From assembly GCA_963820525.1 (NCBI GenBank), contig CAWGAA010000001.1, forward strand, positions 1,024,001-1,088,000: a stretch of 64,000 nucleotides of DNA. Direction: 5' to 3'. The notes below the pieces were generated by a model. That model saw nothing but the letters and a program-made list of their open reading frames with translations. It ran no database searches and was not told where the DNA came from. Made by a program: the position numbers and the translations under genes. Shown here in pieces: positions 15,001 through 23,782 of the stretch. How positions within the stretch are numbered: the first letter of the stretch is position 1; each line of letters opens with the position of its first letter. The stretch comes from an uncultured Spirochaetota bacterium (GTDB taxonomy: Bacteria; Spirochaetota; Spirochaetia; SZUA-6; Fen-1364).

Positions 15001-15103
15001 CGTGGAAGACATTGCCGGCGACTACCACGAGGAATACGTCTTCAAGCGCTACCTCCAGGACAAGTGGAACGAGCTCCTGAAGCGGATCTCCCCGGGGGCC
15101 TAG
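12056..15103 (+). CDS. HEAT-repeat protein with C-terminal class III adenylate cyclase domain
   Basis: HEAT-like motifs (RIAAIRALSAI, RRVAVRVLKAL, VRVEALLAL); cyclase motifs FFIDIVGYT, KKWGDG, RIGLSTG, DIFGEVVNVASR. Confidence 0.88.
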   Translation: MAQKQAAKKSTTSLPKEGKVTALSLLKSFYDEEVFRLLVKEFYNSDIDVSETAIRSSGSLGNEVAIPHLYQMVERGKKSQRIAAIRALSAIRAPSSTGMLIKYFNHFPEEDVRTEILTAINTISSTSQQVQELNQAVFADPKQSESVKRIAVMALVDAERYSFLKDTLPRSSVKVQEAAFDQMLQSGSQEVLDFIGESLAPSALGRYLCVYILKAKNPQQNYILEKLQGGRKEVITSFLLSLSQFQGRIHYPTRVFRLLLISPFVDTETEALVGDFLKKIVAEVKSTSPHLLSEFSVITSAHLDTVFSKVRKNYISLKGITNKEVLLATVLASLLEKYASPTMVGDVQRYFKAEYSGFTPPVAQLKSLLTRAPKEDQNRFEACIPLFSLPEKKEKLQVFSIITRVDVNRPIYLRRLNRLIRVAGALEIKTASKRIQEILDFARGERIQHLEETSIVTLCQLLTRSIIEQSKEYFSQPNKNIRSLNGYIRGSRFIPAKIMIGPLVHLLLLPTLAPSSRALIADSLLSMDLSGVKRILPALLKALDMPEIDSELKLQIGEVLSRFSDSSIGHQLVDITGHADPIARRVAVRVLKALARKGQGIASDVLTNRLYLLLDDKEQSVRVEALLALLDLNDDYAVQIVGDYVQSGDAEIVAQVLANIGKSLSRETFALIMDALAMDSLPVQEALRGLLPELCQGSFAEELRQMLLESLTVIPGSAGAPSRAPAVVHAPQPAADSLLGHAKLEFKFKRENTQSLTVFFIDIVGYTEKSTTIDMSSLLKLIKVFEEIVSSAVSDSRGSIVKKWGDGILAVFKHPLNGALAALSIQQRISQYNSMRVEQEKFQARIGLSTGLVIKKDGDIFGEVVNVASRMQSAASPGGILLTESTFEGIREYVRCIELGKIQVKGIKEAITAYSPEEVIVDMKKIQGSTAGAASNGASADTSMEKLRESIFTPDFTLPSSAAGNPEVAGFIREVFSDISRAVEDIAGDYHEEYVFKRYLQDKWNELLKRISPGA

Positions 15104-15440
15104 GAGCCGGCTCCCGCCATCCCTGGCTTCGCCGGCCTCCGTCCATCCATGGACTAGGGGGAAGCCCGCCGGCGAGCGCGCGCTCCAGCTCCCCCAGGCT
15201 TGGCTCCACGAGAATCGCACCGCCCACAACCACCGTTGGATGGCTCGCGGATCCTCCCGTCAGCCAGCGCAGCTGCTCCGCCGCCTCGGGCGCGTTCTCG
15301 AGGTCAACGTACTGATATCTAATGCCTTTGCCGGCGAGGAAGCGCCGGACGATCTGGGTTGCCGCGCACCACCCCGTGCCGTACACGATGACGGCGGGTT
15401 TGGCGGAAACATGCCGCGGCCGCTGGCCGGCGCCGCTCAT
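15042..15440 (-). CDS. glutaredoxin/mycoredoxin-like protein (CxxT active site); 3' end uncertain
   Basis: VIVYGTGWCAAT...YVDLE...HPTVVVGG...EPS. The tail overlaps the cyclase gene, so the real stop may be the TAG at 15156-15154. Confidence 0.75.
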   Translation of the reverse strand: MSGAGQRPRHVSAKPAVIVYGTGWCAATQIVRRFLAGKGIRYQYVDLENAPEAAEQLRWLTGGSASHPTVVVGGAILVEPSLGELERALAGGLPPSPWMDGGRRSQGWREPAPRPPGRSASGARSTCPGGSA

Positions 15441-15463
15441 GGCCGGCGCCGCTCATGGCCGGC
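15424..15463. repeat. 16-bp tandem repeat (2.5 copies)
   Basis: TGGCCGGCGCCGCTCA at 15424 and 15440, plus a partial copy at 15456. Confidence 0.85.
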
Positions 15464-15467
15464 CCCG

Positions 15468-16214
15468 CTACGCCTGGCGAGAGCCCGACGCCGGGGTGCC
15501 CTGCTTCAGCGCGTCGGCGGCGGAGAAGATCGCCTCGATATCGGGAACATGATGGATGTTGGGAGAGACGTGGCTGTAGCGGATGACGCCCCCGCCATCG
15601 ACGAGATAGAGGGCGCGTTCCGAAAACCCGTCCCGGCTTCGAAGGACGCGGTATTCCTGGGCCACCCTGCCCTTGGGATGGAAGTCGGCCAGGAGCGGGA
15701 AGCCGATCCCCCGCACGGCGGCCCATGCCCCGTGGCTGTAGACGCTGTCCACCGAGATTGCCAGCACCTGGATGCCGCGCTTCTGGAACTCGGCGAGCTC
15801 GGACTGGTAAAGGTCGAGCTGCACGCTGCAGCCGGGACTCCAGTCCAAGGGGTAGAACACCAGGAGCACGAGCTTTCCGCGGAAGTCTGAGAGGCGAACC
15901 TCCCGGCCGCCGGCGTCCGGCAGGGAGAAATCCGGCGCCCGCACTCCGACGGAAAGCCCCTGGCACTCCGCCGGTCCCTGCATGCCCGGCGCCTTCTTGT
16001 AGAGCCCGCGGATGTCTTCCAGGGAAAACCCAGCGGAAGGCGGCGTTGAAGGGGAGCGCTGCCGGCGGAGCGCCTCCTGGATCATTCCATGGAGCACCGA
16101 GACGGCCTCCCTCACTCCGGGATCCGGGAGCTTCTTCTCGAGTAAGAGGTAGCGGTTTTCGAGCTCGGCGAGACGGTCTTCCCGCGGCGCGCCTTCGGGA
16201 ACATCGGAACTCAT
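15468..16214 (-). CDS. peroxiredoxin (AhpC/TSA, AhpE-like) with N-terminal extension
   Basis: APDFSLPD, LVFYPLDWSPGC, AISVDS, LLADFHPKG, SERALYLVD. Confidence 0.85.
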   Translation of the reverse strand: MSSDVPEGAPREDRLAELENRYLLLEKKLPDPGVREAVSVLHGMIQEALRRQRSPSTPPSAGFSLEDIRGLYKKAPGMQGPAECQGLSVGVRAPDFSLPDAGGREVRLSDFRGKLVLLVFYPLDWSPGCSVQLDLYQSELAEFQKRGIQVLAISVDSVYSHGAWAAVRGIGFPLLADFHPKGRVAQEYRVLRSRDGFSERALYLVDGGGVIRYSHVSPNIHHVPDIEAIFSAADALKQGTPASGSRQA

Positions 16215-16278
16215 CAATGCAAAGTTCGCAAACCTGCGGCAGGTGCGTCAAGCGCGCCGCACAAGCGCGCCGCACCAT

Positions 16279-16307
16279 TTGACCTTTTTTTTGCCCGATG
16301 ATATAGT
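16279..16307 (+). promoter_or_regulatory. sigma70 promoter of the infC operon
   Basis: TTGACC-N17-TATAGT with an extended -10 TG. Confidence 0.7.
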
Positions 16308-16340
16308 CTAGTGCAAACCCAATCACGGGAAGGGGGTATA

Positions 16341-16871
16341 TTGGCCGAGAAAGAACTCAGGATCAACGAATACATTCGGGTCCGCGAAGTGCGCCTGGTT
16401 GACGCGGACGGGAATCAGAAGGGAATCGTAGCGACAATGCAGGCCCTTCAGATGGCGAGGGAAGCGGGACTCGATCTGGTCGAGGTGGCGCCGCAGGCTC
16501 AACCGCCGGTGTGCAAGCTCCTCGACTACGGCAAGTACAAGTTCGAGCTCGAGAAGAAAAACAGGGAATCGAGGAAACATCAGAAGCAGATCCGGATCAA
16601 GGAGATCCGGATGCAGCCGAAGATCGACGAGCACGACCTGGATTTCAAGACCCGCCACATTCGTGAGTTTCTCGACGAAGGCAACAAGGTCAAGGTGACC
16701 GTCCGGTTCCGGGGCAGGGAAATGGCCCATACGGAGCTGGGCAAGGAGGTCCTGGACAGGATCCTCCAGATGCTGCAAGACTCCTTCATCGTGGAAAAAC
16801 CGGCGCAGATGGAGGGTAGGACCATGTCCCTCCTGCTCAATCCGAAAGGCAGCAAGGCGAAGAAAGGATAA
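16341..16871 (+). CDS. infC: translation initiation factor IF-3 (non-ATG start, TTG or ATA at 16338)
   Basis: [36 protein letters not shown]. Confidence 0.96.
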   Translation: MAEKELRINEYIRVREVRLVDADGNQKGIVATMQALQMAREAGLDLVEVAPQAQPPVCKLLDYGKYKFELEKKNRESRKHQKQIRIKEIRMQPKIDEHDLDFKTRHIREFLDEGNKVKVTVRFRGREMAHTELGKEVLDRILQMLQDSFIVEKPAQMEGRTMSLLLNPKGSKAKKG

Positions 16872-16873
16872 CG

Positions 16874-17074
16874 ATGCCCAAGATCAAGACGAAAAAGAGC
16901 GCGGCGAAGCGCTATCATGTAACGGCGACGGGCAAGGTGAGGTACAAGAAGCAGGGACTCCGGCACATCCTCACGAAGAAGAACGCAAAGAGAAAGAGGC
17001 GGCTGAGGCTTTCCGCCACCCTCAGCCCCGTGGAATCCAAGCGGGTCAGAAAGCTTCTTCCCTACGCGAACTGA
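16874..17074 (+). CDS. rpmI: 50S ribosomal protein L35
   Basis: [14 protein letters not shown]...HILTKK; lies between infC and rplT. Confidence 0.96.
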   Translation: MPKIKTKKSAAKRYHVTATGKVRYKKQGLRHILTKKNAKRKRRLRLSATLSPVESKRVRKLLPYAN

Positions 17075-17186
17075 AAGCTCCAGCGGAGCGCGGCGCGGGC
17101 CGTGGCGGATTGCCATGTGACGAGCGCTCGCTTCCGAGTGGTGCGGAGAACGACAACCACCGAAAGCACAAGGAGAGATTGAACAG

Positions 17187-17567
17187 ATGCCGAGATCGAA
17201 AAACGGAACGCGCAGGCGCGAGCGGCGCAGGAAGATTCTCAAGGCCGCCAAGGGGTACTGGGGCGGAAGAAGCAGGCTCTTCAAGACGGCCAAGGAGGCC
17301 GTGCTCAAGGGCCTTGTCAGCTCCTACCGCGACAGGAAGAGGCGCAGGGGCGAGTTCCGCAGGCTCTGGATCGCCAGGATCTCAGCCGCCTGCCGCGCTG
17401 AAGGGCTCACCTATGCCGCCTTCATCCATGGGCTCGGCCAGGCGGGCGTACGGATCAACAGGAAGGCCCTCTCCAACATGGCCATAGAAGATCCCATCGC
17501 CTTCAAGGCGCTGATCGCGAAAGCCAGGGAAAACCAGCTCGCGGGCGCCACCGCGGCGGCAAAATGA
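17187..17567 (+). CDS. rplT: 50S ribosomal protein L20
   Basis: AKGYWGGRS, YRDRK, FRRLWIARISAA, INRKALSNMA. Confidence 0.97.
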   Translation: MPRSKNGTRRRERRRKILKAAKGYWGGRSRLFKTAKEAVLKGLVSSYRDRKRRRGEFRRLWIARISAACRAEGLTYAAFIHGLGQAGVRINRKALSNMAIEDPIAFKALIAKARENQLAGATAAAK

Positions 17568-17968
17568 TCAGCCTCGAACAGATTCGGCTGCTTGAAGAAA
17601 AGATAACGCGAGCAATCGATCTGATTCGGGTCCTCAAGGAAGAAAACGCGACCCTCCGGAGAGGCCTCGATTCCGCCCAGCGGCGAATGAAGGAGCTGGA
17701 GGGTCTGGTCAGCGGTTTCAAGTCGGATCAGAAGGAGATCGAATCGGTCATCCTGCGGGCTCTCAAGAACCTCGATGATCTGGAAGAATCCACCGCGGCA
17801 GGCAGCGCCGCACCATCCGCCTCGGCGGCCGGCCCCACCCCTTCCCCCGCGGCAAGCGGGAAAAAAAACGCCCATGAACCGCAGCCCGATGCCGGCCCGG
17901 CCCTGGAAGCTCCGCCCGCCGGGGATCCCTCACTGAAACCTCCCAAGGGCGAGCTGGACATCTTCTAA
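17564..17968 (+). CDS. ZapB-like coiled-coil cell division protein
   Basis: LEQIRLLEEKITRAIDLIRVLKEEN coiled coil; directly upstream of the ZapA-like gene. Confidence 0.7.
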   Translation: MISLEQIRLLEEKITRAIDLIRVLKEENATLRRGLDSAQRRMKELEGLVSGFKSDQKEIESVILRALKNLDDLEESTAAGSAAPSASAAGPTPSPAASGKKNAHEPQPDAGPALEAPPAGDPSLKPPKGELDIF

Positions 17969-17979
17969 GCAGGCGTGCC

Positions 17980-18330
17980 ATGGAGAAACGGAAGCTCACG
18001 GTGGAGCTCCTGGGCACATCATTCGTCATTCAATCAGGGGACGATCCGAAGCACCTGGCCAGGGTGGCAGAGTATCTGCGCGCCAAGGTGGAAGAGGTCA
18101 AGGCCAGATACTCCTTCGCGGACCCTCTCACCGTGGCGCTTTTGGCGGCCCTCAACCTCGCCGACGAGCTTTTCAAGGAGCGGGCGGGACGCTCCCCGAT
18201 CCAGGGCGCGGAGCCCGAGAACGACGAGATCTCCGGAGTGGCTCAGCGATTGATCGACACGATCGACGAGGAGCTTCTCCGCCACACCCCTTACGGCGAA
18301 GACGACGGAGACCCTCCCCCCAGCGCCTGA
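17980..18330 (+). CDS. zapA: cell division protein ZapA
   Basis: VELLGTSF...VALLAALNLADEL. Confidence 0.85.
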   Translation: MEKRKLTVELLGTSFVIQSGDDPKHLARVAEYLRAKVEEVKARYSFADPLTVALLAALNLADELFKERAGRSPIQGAEPENDEISGVAQRLIDTIDEELLRHTPYGEDDGDPPPSA

Positions 18331-19274
18331 TAGTCGCATCCTTCGACACCGACGATTCCCGCGGCGAGCCTGTTGGCGATCCGTGCGCATTCCACCGCAT
18401 CCCGCCCCAAAAGAACGCCATGGAGGTAGCCGCCGGCAAAGGCATCCCCGGCCCCCGTCGTGTCCACGACCCTCACCGACTCTCCCGGCACCGGGATGAC
18501 CTCCTCCCCCCTGCCGACGTAGCAGCCGCGGGCTCCGACTTTCATGACCACGGTCTTGGCCAGCGGGGATGCCACGCTCATGCAGTCCTCGTCGCAGTCC
18601 GTGCCCGTGAGCAGGCCAAGCTCCTCGCGGTTGGCGAAGAGGATGTCCACGCACTGGGGAATGAAGGAGAGAAAAGCCTCGCGGTAGCGCAGGACCGCGT
18701 AGGGATCAGCCAGATCGAAGGAAATCATCATCCCCTTGCCGCAGGCGAATTCGACAGCCTTCTCCGCGGCCGCGCGCTGATTTTCCGTGTCCCACAGGTA
18801 ACCGGTGAGATGGAGGATGCGCGAGAGGGAGAGCTTTTCCAGATCGAGGTCCTGCGGCCCGAACTCCCGACACGCCCCCAGGAAGGTGTTCATCGTGCGT
18901 TCCCCGTCGGGGGTGACGAGGATGCAGGAGACCCCGGTGGCCCGCTGCTTCCTGGCAAGCGAAACGCTGACCCCCGCCGCCTCGATGCTCTTCGCGTAAG
19001 AGTCCCCGATGGGATCGCGCCCCACGGCTCCGTTGAAGACGGGCGGCGGGAGCTGCCGTGAGCCGTTCAACCACGCCAGGCCGCGGATCGTGTTCGCGCA
19101 GCTGCCGCCGGGAATCGTTCGCTCGGAGGAAAGCCCGGCGCGAAGGCGTTCCACCTCATCGTATTCCACCAGATTCATGGTCCCCGGCTTCTTTCCCAGC
19201 CGCGAGAGAAAGGTGAAATCGACATGCGAGATGATGTCCATGAGGGGATTTTCAACGCCGTAGACTGAAAACAC
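18291..19274 (-). CDS. PfkB-family kinase (adenosine kinase-like)
   Basis: GGSCAN, PDGERTMNTFLGA, ANREE, DTTGAGDAFAGG. Confidence 0.88.
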   Translation of the reverse strand: MFSVYGVENPLMDIISHVDFTFLSRLGKKPGTMNLVEYDEVERLRAGLSSERTIPGGSCANTIRGLAWLNGSRQLPPPVFNGAVGRDPIGDSYAKSIEAAGVSVSLARKQRATGVSCILVTPDGERTMNTFLGACREFGPQDLDLEKLSLSRILHLTGYLWDTENQRAAAEKAVEFACGKGMMISFDLADPYAVLRYREAFLSFIPQCVDILFANREELGLLTGTDCDEDCMSVASPLAKTVVMKVGARGCYVGRGEEVIPVPGESVRVVDTTGAGDAFAGGYLHGVLLGRDAVECARIANRLAAGIVGVEGCDYQALGGGSPSSSP

Positions 19275-19329
19275 CGTGCGCCTCCTCGCCGTCCGCCGCG
19301 AGCGGGAAAGCCCCGCCTACGGCCGTGAA

Positions 19330-19358
19330 TTGACAGCCGTATCCGCGGCCCGTATTAT
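19330..19358 (+). promoter_or_regulatory. sigma70 promoter
   Basis: TTGACA-N17-TATTAT upstream of the PilZ gene. Confidence 0.7.
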
Positions 19359-19388
19359 TGAGCGGTAGTGTAAGGGAACCACCGAGAG

Positions 19389-20309
19389 ATGTCCATCATC
19401 ACCAGCCAGCAGATCGCGCGGTACTTCGATTTGTACGGGAAGACGGAAGTCACCTTCAACAAGCAGGTGATCGACGCCACGGGACTGGTCCCCAACAATG
19501 TCTTCCTGAAGATCGCCGATCAGCAGTGGCCCTGCGTCGTCTACTCCAGCTCCATGGCGGGGGCCCGCGTCATTGCCGGCGTGAAGAGCGAATTCTTCGA
19601 GACCCTCCACCAGGCCAACAACCACGCGGCGCTGCGCTACTGCTTCAGGCTGCCGGAGAAAGCGGACCCGATCTTCTTCTTTGTGCCCAACAAGGTGATG
19701 GGCTACACCCAGTACAATCCGAAGAACCCCGACGTGCAGCTCATAGCGCTGGAGTTCACCCAGCGCCCGCCGGACGATCTCATCCAGGTGCTCGGGCTGC
19801 TCCTTGAGGCGAACGCGAACGCCCAGCGGAGGAAGGACGAGCGCATCATCCTGAACCCCGACAGCGTGAAAAAGCTCGGCCTGGAATCCAAGGAGAGCGT
19901 CCTGTACGTCGAGGGAGTGCCGCGCAAGTGCCTGGTGCGGGACCTCTCCTTCGGCGGGGCCAAGGTGTTCGTGACGGGAATAGCGAAATTCCTTGCCAAC
20001 AAGAAGGCCGCGCTCAAGCTGGCGCGGGGGGAATCCGCCGAGGAGATATCGATCCCCGGGGAGATCATGCGCGTGGAGAACGTTGAGGGCCGTAAGGACA
20101 TCGTGGTGCTCGCCATCCGCTTCGCGGATGACCCGCCGGTGAGCTACAAGCTCATGATCAACGGCTATCTCACGGCGATTCGAAAGGATCATTCCGCCGG
20201 GCCGCCCCCGGGAGCCTCCGGCCGCCCCCCGACGGCCCCGGCTGATTCCGCACACCCCGGGACCTCTCAATCCGCTCCCAAGGCGAACCCGAACTCAAGC
20301 ACGAGATGA
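19389..20309 (+). CDS. PlzA-like c-di-GMP receptor (N-terminal domain plus PilZ)
   Basis: RxxxR (RRKDER) and DLSFGG; the N-terminus (PCVVYSSSM) resembles spirochete PlzA. Confidence 0.8.
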   Translation: MSIITSQQIARYFDLYGKTEVTFNKQVIDATGLVPNNVFLKIADQQWPCVVYSSSMAGARVIAGVKSEFFETLHQANNHAALRYCFRLPEKADPIFFFVPNKVMGYTQYNPKNPDVQLIALEFTQRPPDDLIQVLGLLLEANANAQRRKDERIILNPDSVKKLGLESKESVLYVEGVPRKCLVRDLSFGGAKVFVTGIAKFLANKKAALKLARGESAEEISIPGEIMRVENVEGRKDIVVLAIRFADDPPVSYKLMINGYLTAIRKDHSAGPPPGASGRPPTAPADSAHPGTSQSAPKANPNSSTR

Positions 20310-21430
20310 CGGACGACACAAAGGCCCTGGAGAGGGTCGGATTCATTTCCATAGCACAGGCCAACCAGCGGAAGATCGGGGAGTTCGTCCTGGATCCCGA
20401 GATCCTTCTGCCCGTGGAGCTCCCGCCCGGCGTCGCCGCGTGGAACGTCGCGGACCACCTGAGCTGGGAGGCGATCGTCTCGGGAACCCTCAAGGTTCTG
20501 GCCTATGATCCGCAGAACGCGAACGCGGCGTATTACCGCACGTTCGTGCTCGCCGTCAAACCGGACATCAAGAGCGAGTTCACGCATCTGGGCATCACGA
20601 CGGTTCGAAACGGAGACGATGAGCTTGCCATCGAGATCTTCCGCTCCCTGGAGGGACTCTTCCCCGAGGACGCCCAGACCAAGATGAACCTCGCCCTGGT
20701 ATACGACGAGAAGGCCCGAAAATACGAGAGCCTGGAGAAGAACGACCTCATGGAGGAGTACCAGAACCTCGCCTTCGAGGCCTACAAGAGGGCGCTGGCG
20801 GCGGACCCCTCGGAGCCGGTGATCCACTACAACTTCGCGTTTTTCTACCTGCACCAGAGGTCTTTCGAGAAGACGCGGGAGCACCTGGCCGAGTTCCTCA
20901 AGTCGGCAGCGGACAGCAAGATGATCAGCGAGGCCCGGAGAATCATCAAGGAGATCGATTCCCAGGGACTGGTCGACGGCCTGTTCCAGAAGGCATACGA
21001 TTTCATCAGGATGGGAAAGGAAGAGGAGGGCATCGGCTTCATCCGCGAGTTCCTGGAAGCCCACCCCGAGGTCTCAAACGCATGGTTCCTCCTCGGATGG
21101 GGCTTGCGGCGTCTGGGCCGGTACGCCAAGGGCAAGGAGGCCTTCCTCACGGCCCTGGAATGCGGCCCCTCGCACCCGGACCTCCTCAACGAGCTGGCCA
21201 TCTGCCTCATGGAGCTCGGCGAGCTGGAGGAGGCGAGAAGGCGCCTGGAGGAGGCCCTCGGCCTGGAGCCGGAGAACACCAAGATCATCTCCAACCTGGG
21301 GATCGTCTCCCTGAAGCAGGACCGCGCTGAGGAAGCCCGCGGGTTCTTCCAGACCGTGCTGGAGATAGACCCGCAGGACCCCATCGCCCCCCGGTATCTC
21401 CAGATCATCGACCGGAAAAAACCTTCCTGA
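20306..21430 (+). CDS. TPR-repeat protein
   Basis: Several TPR-like motifs (AWFLLGWGLR, LLNELAICL, IISNLGIV); ATGA overlap with the upstream gene. Confidence 0.82.
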   Translation: MTDDTKALERVGFISIAQANQRKIGEFVLDPEILLPVELPPGVAAWNVADHLSWEAIVSGTLKVLAYDPQNANAAYYRTFVLAVKPDIKSEFTHLGITTVRNGDDELAIEIFRSLEGLFPEDAQTKMNLALVYDEKARKYESLEKNDLMEEYQNLAFEAYKRALAADPSEPVIHYNFAFFYLHQRSFEKTREHLAEFLKSAADSKMISEARRIIKEIDSQGLVDGLFQKAYDFIRMGKEEEGIGFIREFLEAHPEVSNAWFLLGWGLRRLGRYAKGKEAFLTALECGPSHPDLLNELAICLMELGELEEARRRLEEALGLEPENTKIISNLGIVSLKQDRAEEARGFFQTVLEIDPQDPIAPRYLQIIDRKKPS

Positions 21431-21610
21431 CCGCTCAATTTTAAACATCCCGCAGTCGAAAAAAGGACTAAGGGTAACTCCGGTTACCCCCCCGGGGAAC
21501 GCCCCCCGGCCGCGCTTGAGCCATTGACCGGCTGTACCGAAGGGCCGTTCGAGGGCAAAAACGGGCGGGAGGCATTGCAGGGGGATCCCGAAAGGGATCT
21601 CCCGAATCAT

Positions 21611-21652
21611 GGGCAAGGATGCCCGTGAAGATCGACTGTTGTTTCAAGGAGG
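21611..21652 (+). promoter_or_regulatory. putative CsrA sites in the flaB leader
   Basis: Hairpin GGGCA-AGGA-TGCCC plus CAAGGAGG overlapping the SD. Confidence 0.6.
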
Positions 21653-21658
21653 AAACAC

Positions 21659-22519
21659 ATGATCATCAATCACAACATGAGCGCAATGTTCGCGGAAAGG
21701 CAGCTGAAGGTGAACAACCTCGGCCTGGACAAGGACCTGGAAAAGCTGTCTTCCGGGCTGCGCATCACGCGGGCGGGAGACGACGCTTCCGGCTTGGCGG
21801 TCTCCGAGAAGATGAGGTCCCAGATCAGGGGCCTCCAGCAGGCCAGCAGGAACGCCGCCAACGGCATCTCCTTCATCCAGACCACGGAAGGATACCTGCA
21901 GGAGAGCGAAGACATCATCCAGAGGATGCGCGAGCTGGCGGTCCAGTCCGCCAACGGCATCTACACGGACGAGGACCGGATGCAGATCCAGGTCGAGGTC
22001 TCCCAGCTCGTCGACGAGGTTGACCGCATCGCCTCCCACGCACAGTTCAACGGCATGAACATGCTCACAGGCCGGTTCGCCCGCGCCACGGGAGAGAACG
22101 TGATCACGGCCTCCATGTGGCTGCAGGTGGGCGCCAACATGGACCAGAGGAAGAGGGTGTTCATCGGCACCATGACCGCCGACGGACTGGCGCTGCGCAA
22201 CGTCAGCAACAGGCAGATCCTGTCGATCTCCACCCCGGACCAGGCCAATAGGGCCATCGGAACGCTGGACTCGGCCCTCAAGATCGTGAACAAGCAGCGG
22301 GCGGACCTCGGCGCCTATCAGAACAGGCTGGAGTACATCGTGAAAGGCCTCGACGTCGGAGCGGAGAACCTGCAGGCGTCTGAGTCCCGGATCAGGGACG
22401 CCAACATGGCGGCCCAGATGGTGGAGTACACCAAGGACGCCATCCTCGTTCAGTCCGCCACGGCCATGCTGGCCCAGGCGAACCAGAAGCCGAGAACGGT
22501 CTTGCAACTTCTCCAGTAG
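21659..22519 (+). CDS. flaB: periplasmic flagellar filament core flagellin
   Basis: [41 protein letters not shown]; 286 aa. Confidence 0.97.
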   Translation: MIINHNMSAMFAERQLKVNNLGLDKDLEKLSSGLRITRAGDDASGLAVSEKMRSQIRGLQQASRNAANGISFIQTTEGYLQESEDIIQRMRELAVQSANGIYTDEDRMQIQVEVSQLVDEVDRIASHAQFNGMNMLTGRFARATGENVITASMWLQVGANMDQRKRVFIGTMTADGLALRNVSNRQILSISTPDQANRAIGTLDSALKIVNKQRADLGAYQNRLEYIVKGLDVGAENLQASESRIRDANMAAQMVEYTKDAILVQSATAMLAQANQKPRTVLQLLQ

Positions 22520-22779
22520 ATCGTTACACTCTAGTTTGGGCGGGCGCGCCTCCCGGCGCGCCCCACGTTTCGACGCGCGTGATGCGCGCCGGCCGTTCTG
22601 CTCTTTGAAAACGAACCCTCCTTTGGTGTGTTGGTAAAAGGGGAATGCATGCTCCCGGCGGTCTTCGGTGGCCGGGATGCGCATTTCCTTGTTGAAAGGG
22701 GAAATGGGAACGGTGGGAAGGACGCGCGAATCCTTCCCGTGATCGAGAAACCCCGACAACACACAGGGCATGAAATGCC

Positions 22780-22813
22780 AGAGGCACGGAAGCCTCTACA
22801 GCAATTCAAGGAG
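22780..22813 (+). promoter_or_regulatory. putative CsrA sites in the second flaB leader
   Basis: Hairpin AGAGGC-ACGGAA-GCCTCT plus CAAGGAG at the SD. Confidence 0.55.
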
Positions 22814-22819
22814 GGTCAG

Positions 22820-23668
22820 ATGATAATAAACCACAACATGAGTGCTCTGTACGCGAACAGGATCCTGAAGTTCGACGTACTAAATGTGCAAGGCGACATC
22901 GAGAAGCTGTCCTCGGGGCAGCGGATCAACAAGGCGGGGGACGACGCGTCCGGCTTGGCCGTGTCTGAAAAGCTCCGCTCACAGATCCGCGGGCTCAATC
23001 AGGCCGAGCGAAACATCGAGAACGCGGTATCCTTCATCCAGACGACTGAAGGCTACCTGCAGGAGAGCCAGGATATCATGCACCGGATCCGCGAGCTGAG
23101 CGTACAGTCGGCGAACGGCGTCTACACGGATGAAGACCGGATGCAGATCCAGGTCGAAGTTTCCCAGCTGGTTGACGAAGTCAACCGGATCGCCTCCCAG
23201 GCGCAGTTCAACGGAATGAACATGCTCACCGGCGCGTTCGCAACGAACGGCACGCGCCAGATGTTCTTCCAGGTCGGGGCCAACATGGACCAGCGCAAGC
23301 AGGTCTTTATCGGCACCATGACCGCCCAAGCCTTGGGAATCCAGGGCGCGCAGGGAGGGCAGGGAACGATCTCCATCTCCACCCCGGACGCGGCCAACCA
23401 GGCCATCGGAAAACTGGACACAGCCCTGAGAGTGGTCTCCAAGCAGCGCGCCGATCTCGGCGCCTACCAGAACCGCTTCCAGATGGCGGCGAAGGGCGTT
23501 TCGGTGGCGGCAGAAAACCTGCAAGCCGCCGAGTCCCTGATCCGCGACGAAGACATGGCGACGGGGATGGTCCAGTATGTCAAGGATAACATCCTTGTTC
23601 AGGCCGGCACGGCCATGCTGGCCCAGGCCAACCTGCAGCCCCGGTCGGTGCTCCAGCTTCTCGGCTAG
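22820..23668 (+). CDS. flaB: flagellin, second paralog
   Basis: MIINHNMSA start with SD AAGGAG; flagellin N- and C-terminal motifs. Confidence 0.97.
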   Translation: MIINHNMSALYANRILKFDVLNVQGDIEKLSSGQRINKAGDDASGLAVSEKLRSQIRGLNQAERNIENAVSFIQTTEGYLQESQDIMHRIRELSVQSANGVYTDEDRMQIQVEVSQLVDEVNRIASQAQFNGMNMLTGAFATNGTRQMFFQVGANMDQRKQVFIGTMTAQALGIQGAQGGQGTISISTPDAANQAIGKLDTALRVVSKQRADLGAYQNRFQMAAKGVSVAAENLQAAESLIRDEDMATGMVQYVKDNILVQAGTAMLAQANLQPRSVLQLLG

Positions 23669-23742
23669 CGAAAGTGTACTCGTGAAAACACCGTTCCCAA
23701 AAACGAAGAGGTTACTGGACGTCACCTCTTCACTGAAGTGGA

Positions 23743-23782
23743 GATGGGAAAGGGAGGTCGCGCCCTCCCTCCCATCCTTTTT
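23743..23782 (+). terminator. intrinsic terminator after the second flaB
   Basis: GATGGGA..GGGAGG / CCTCCC-TCCCATC stem followed by TTTTT. Confidence 0.65.

Noticed and set aside
15042..15153. Functional C-terminal extension of the glutaredoxin overlapping the cyclase gene
   Set aside because: Low-complexity tail; one extra base in the 15157-15161 run would bring a TAG into frame, so this is probably another indel.
21435..21462. sigma28 promoter for flaB (TCAA-N16-GTCGAAAA)
   Set aside because: The position is plausible, but the match and spacing are too weak to call.
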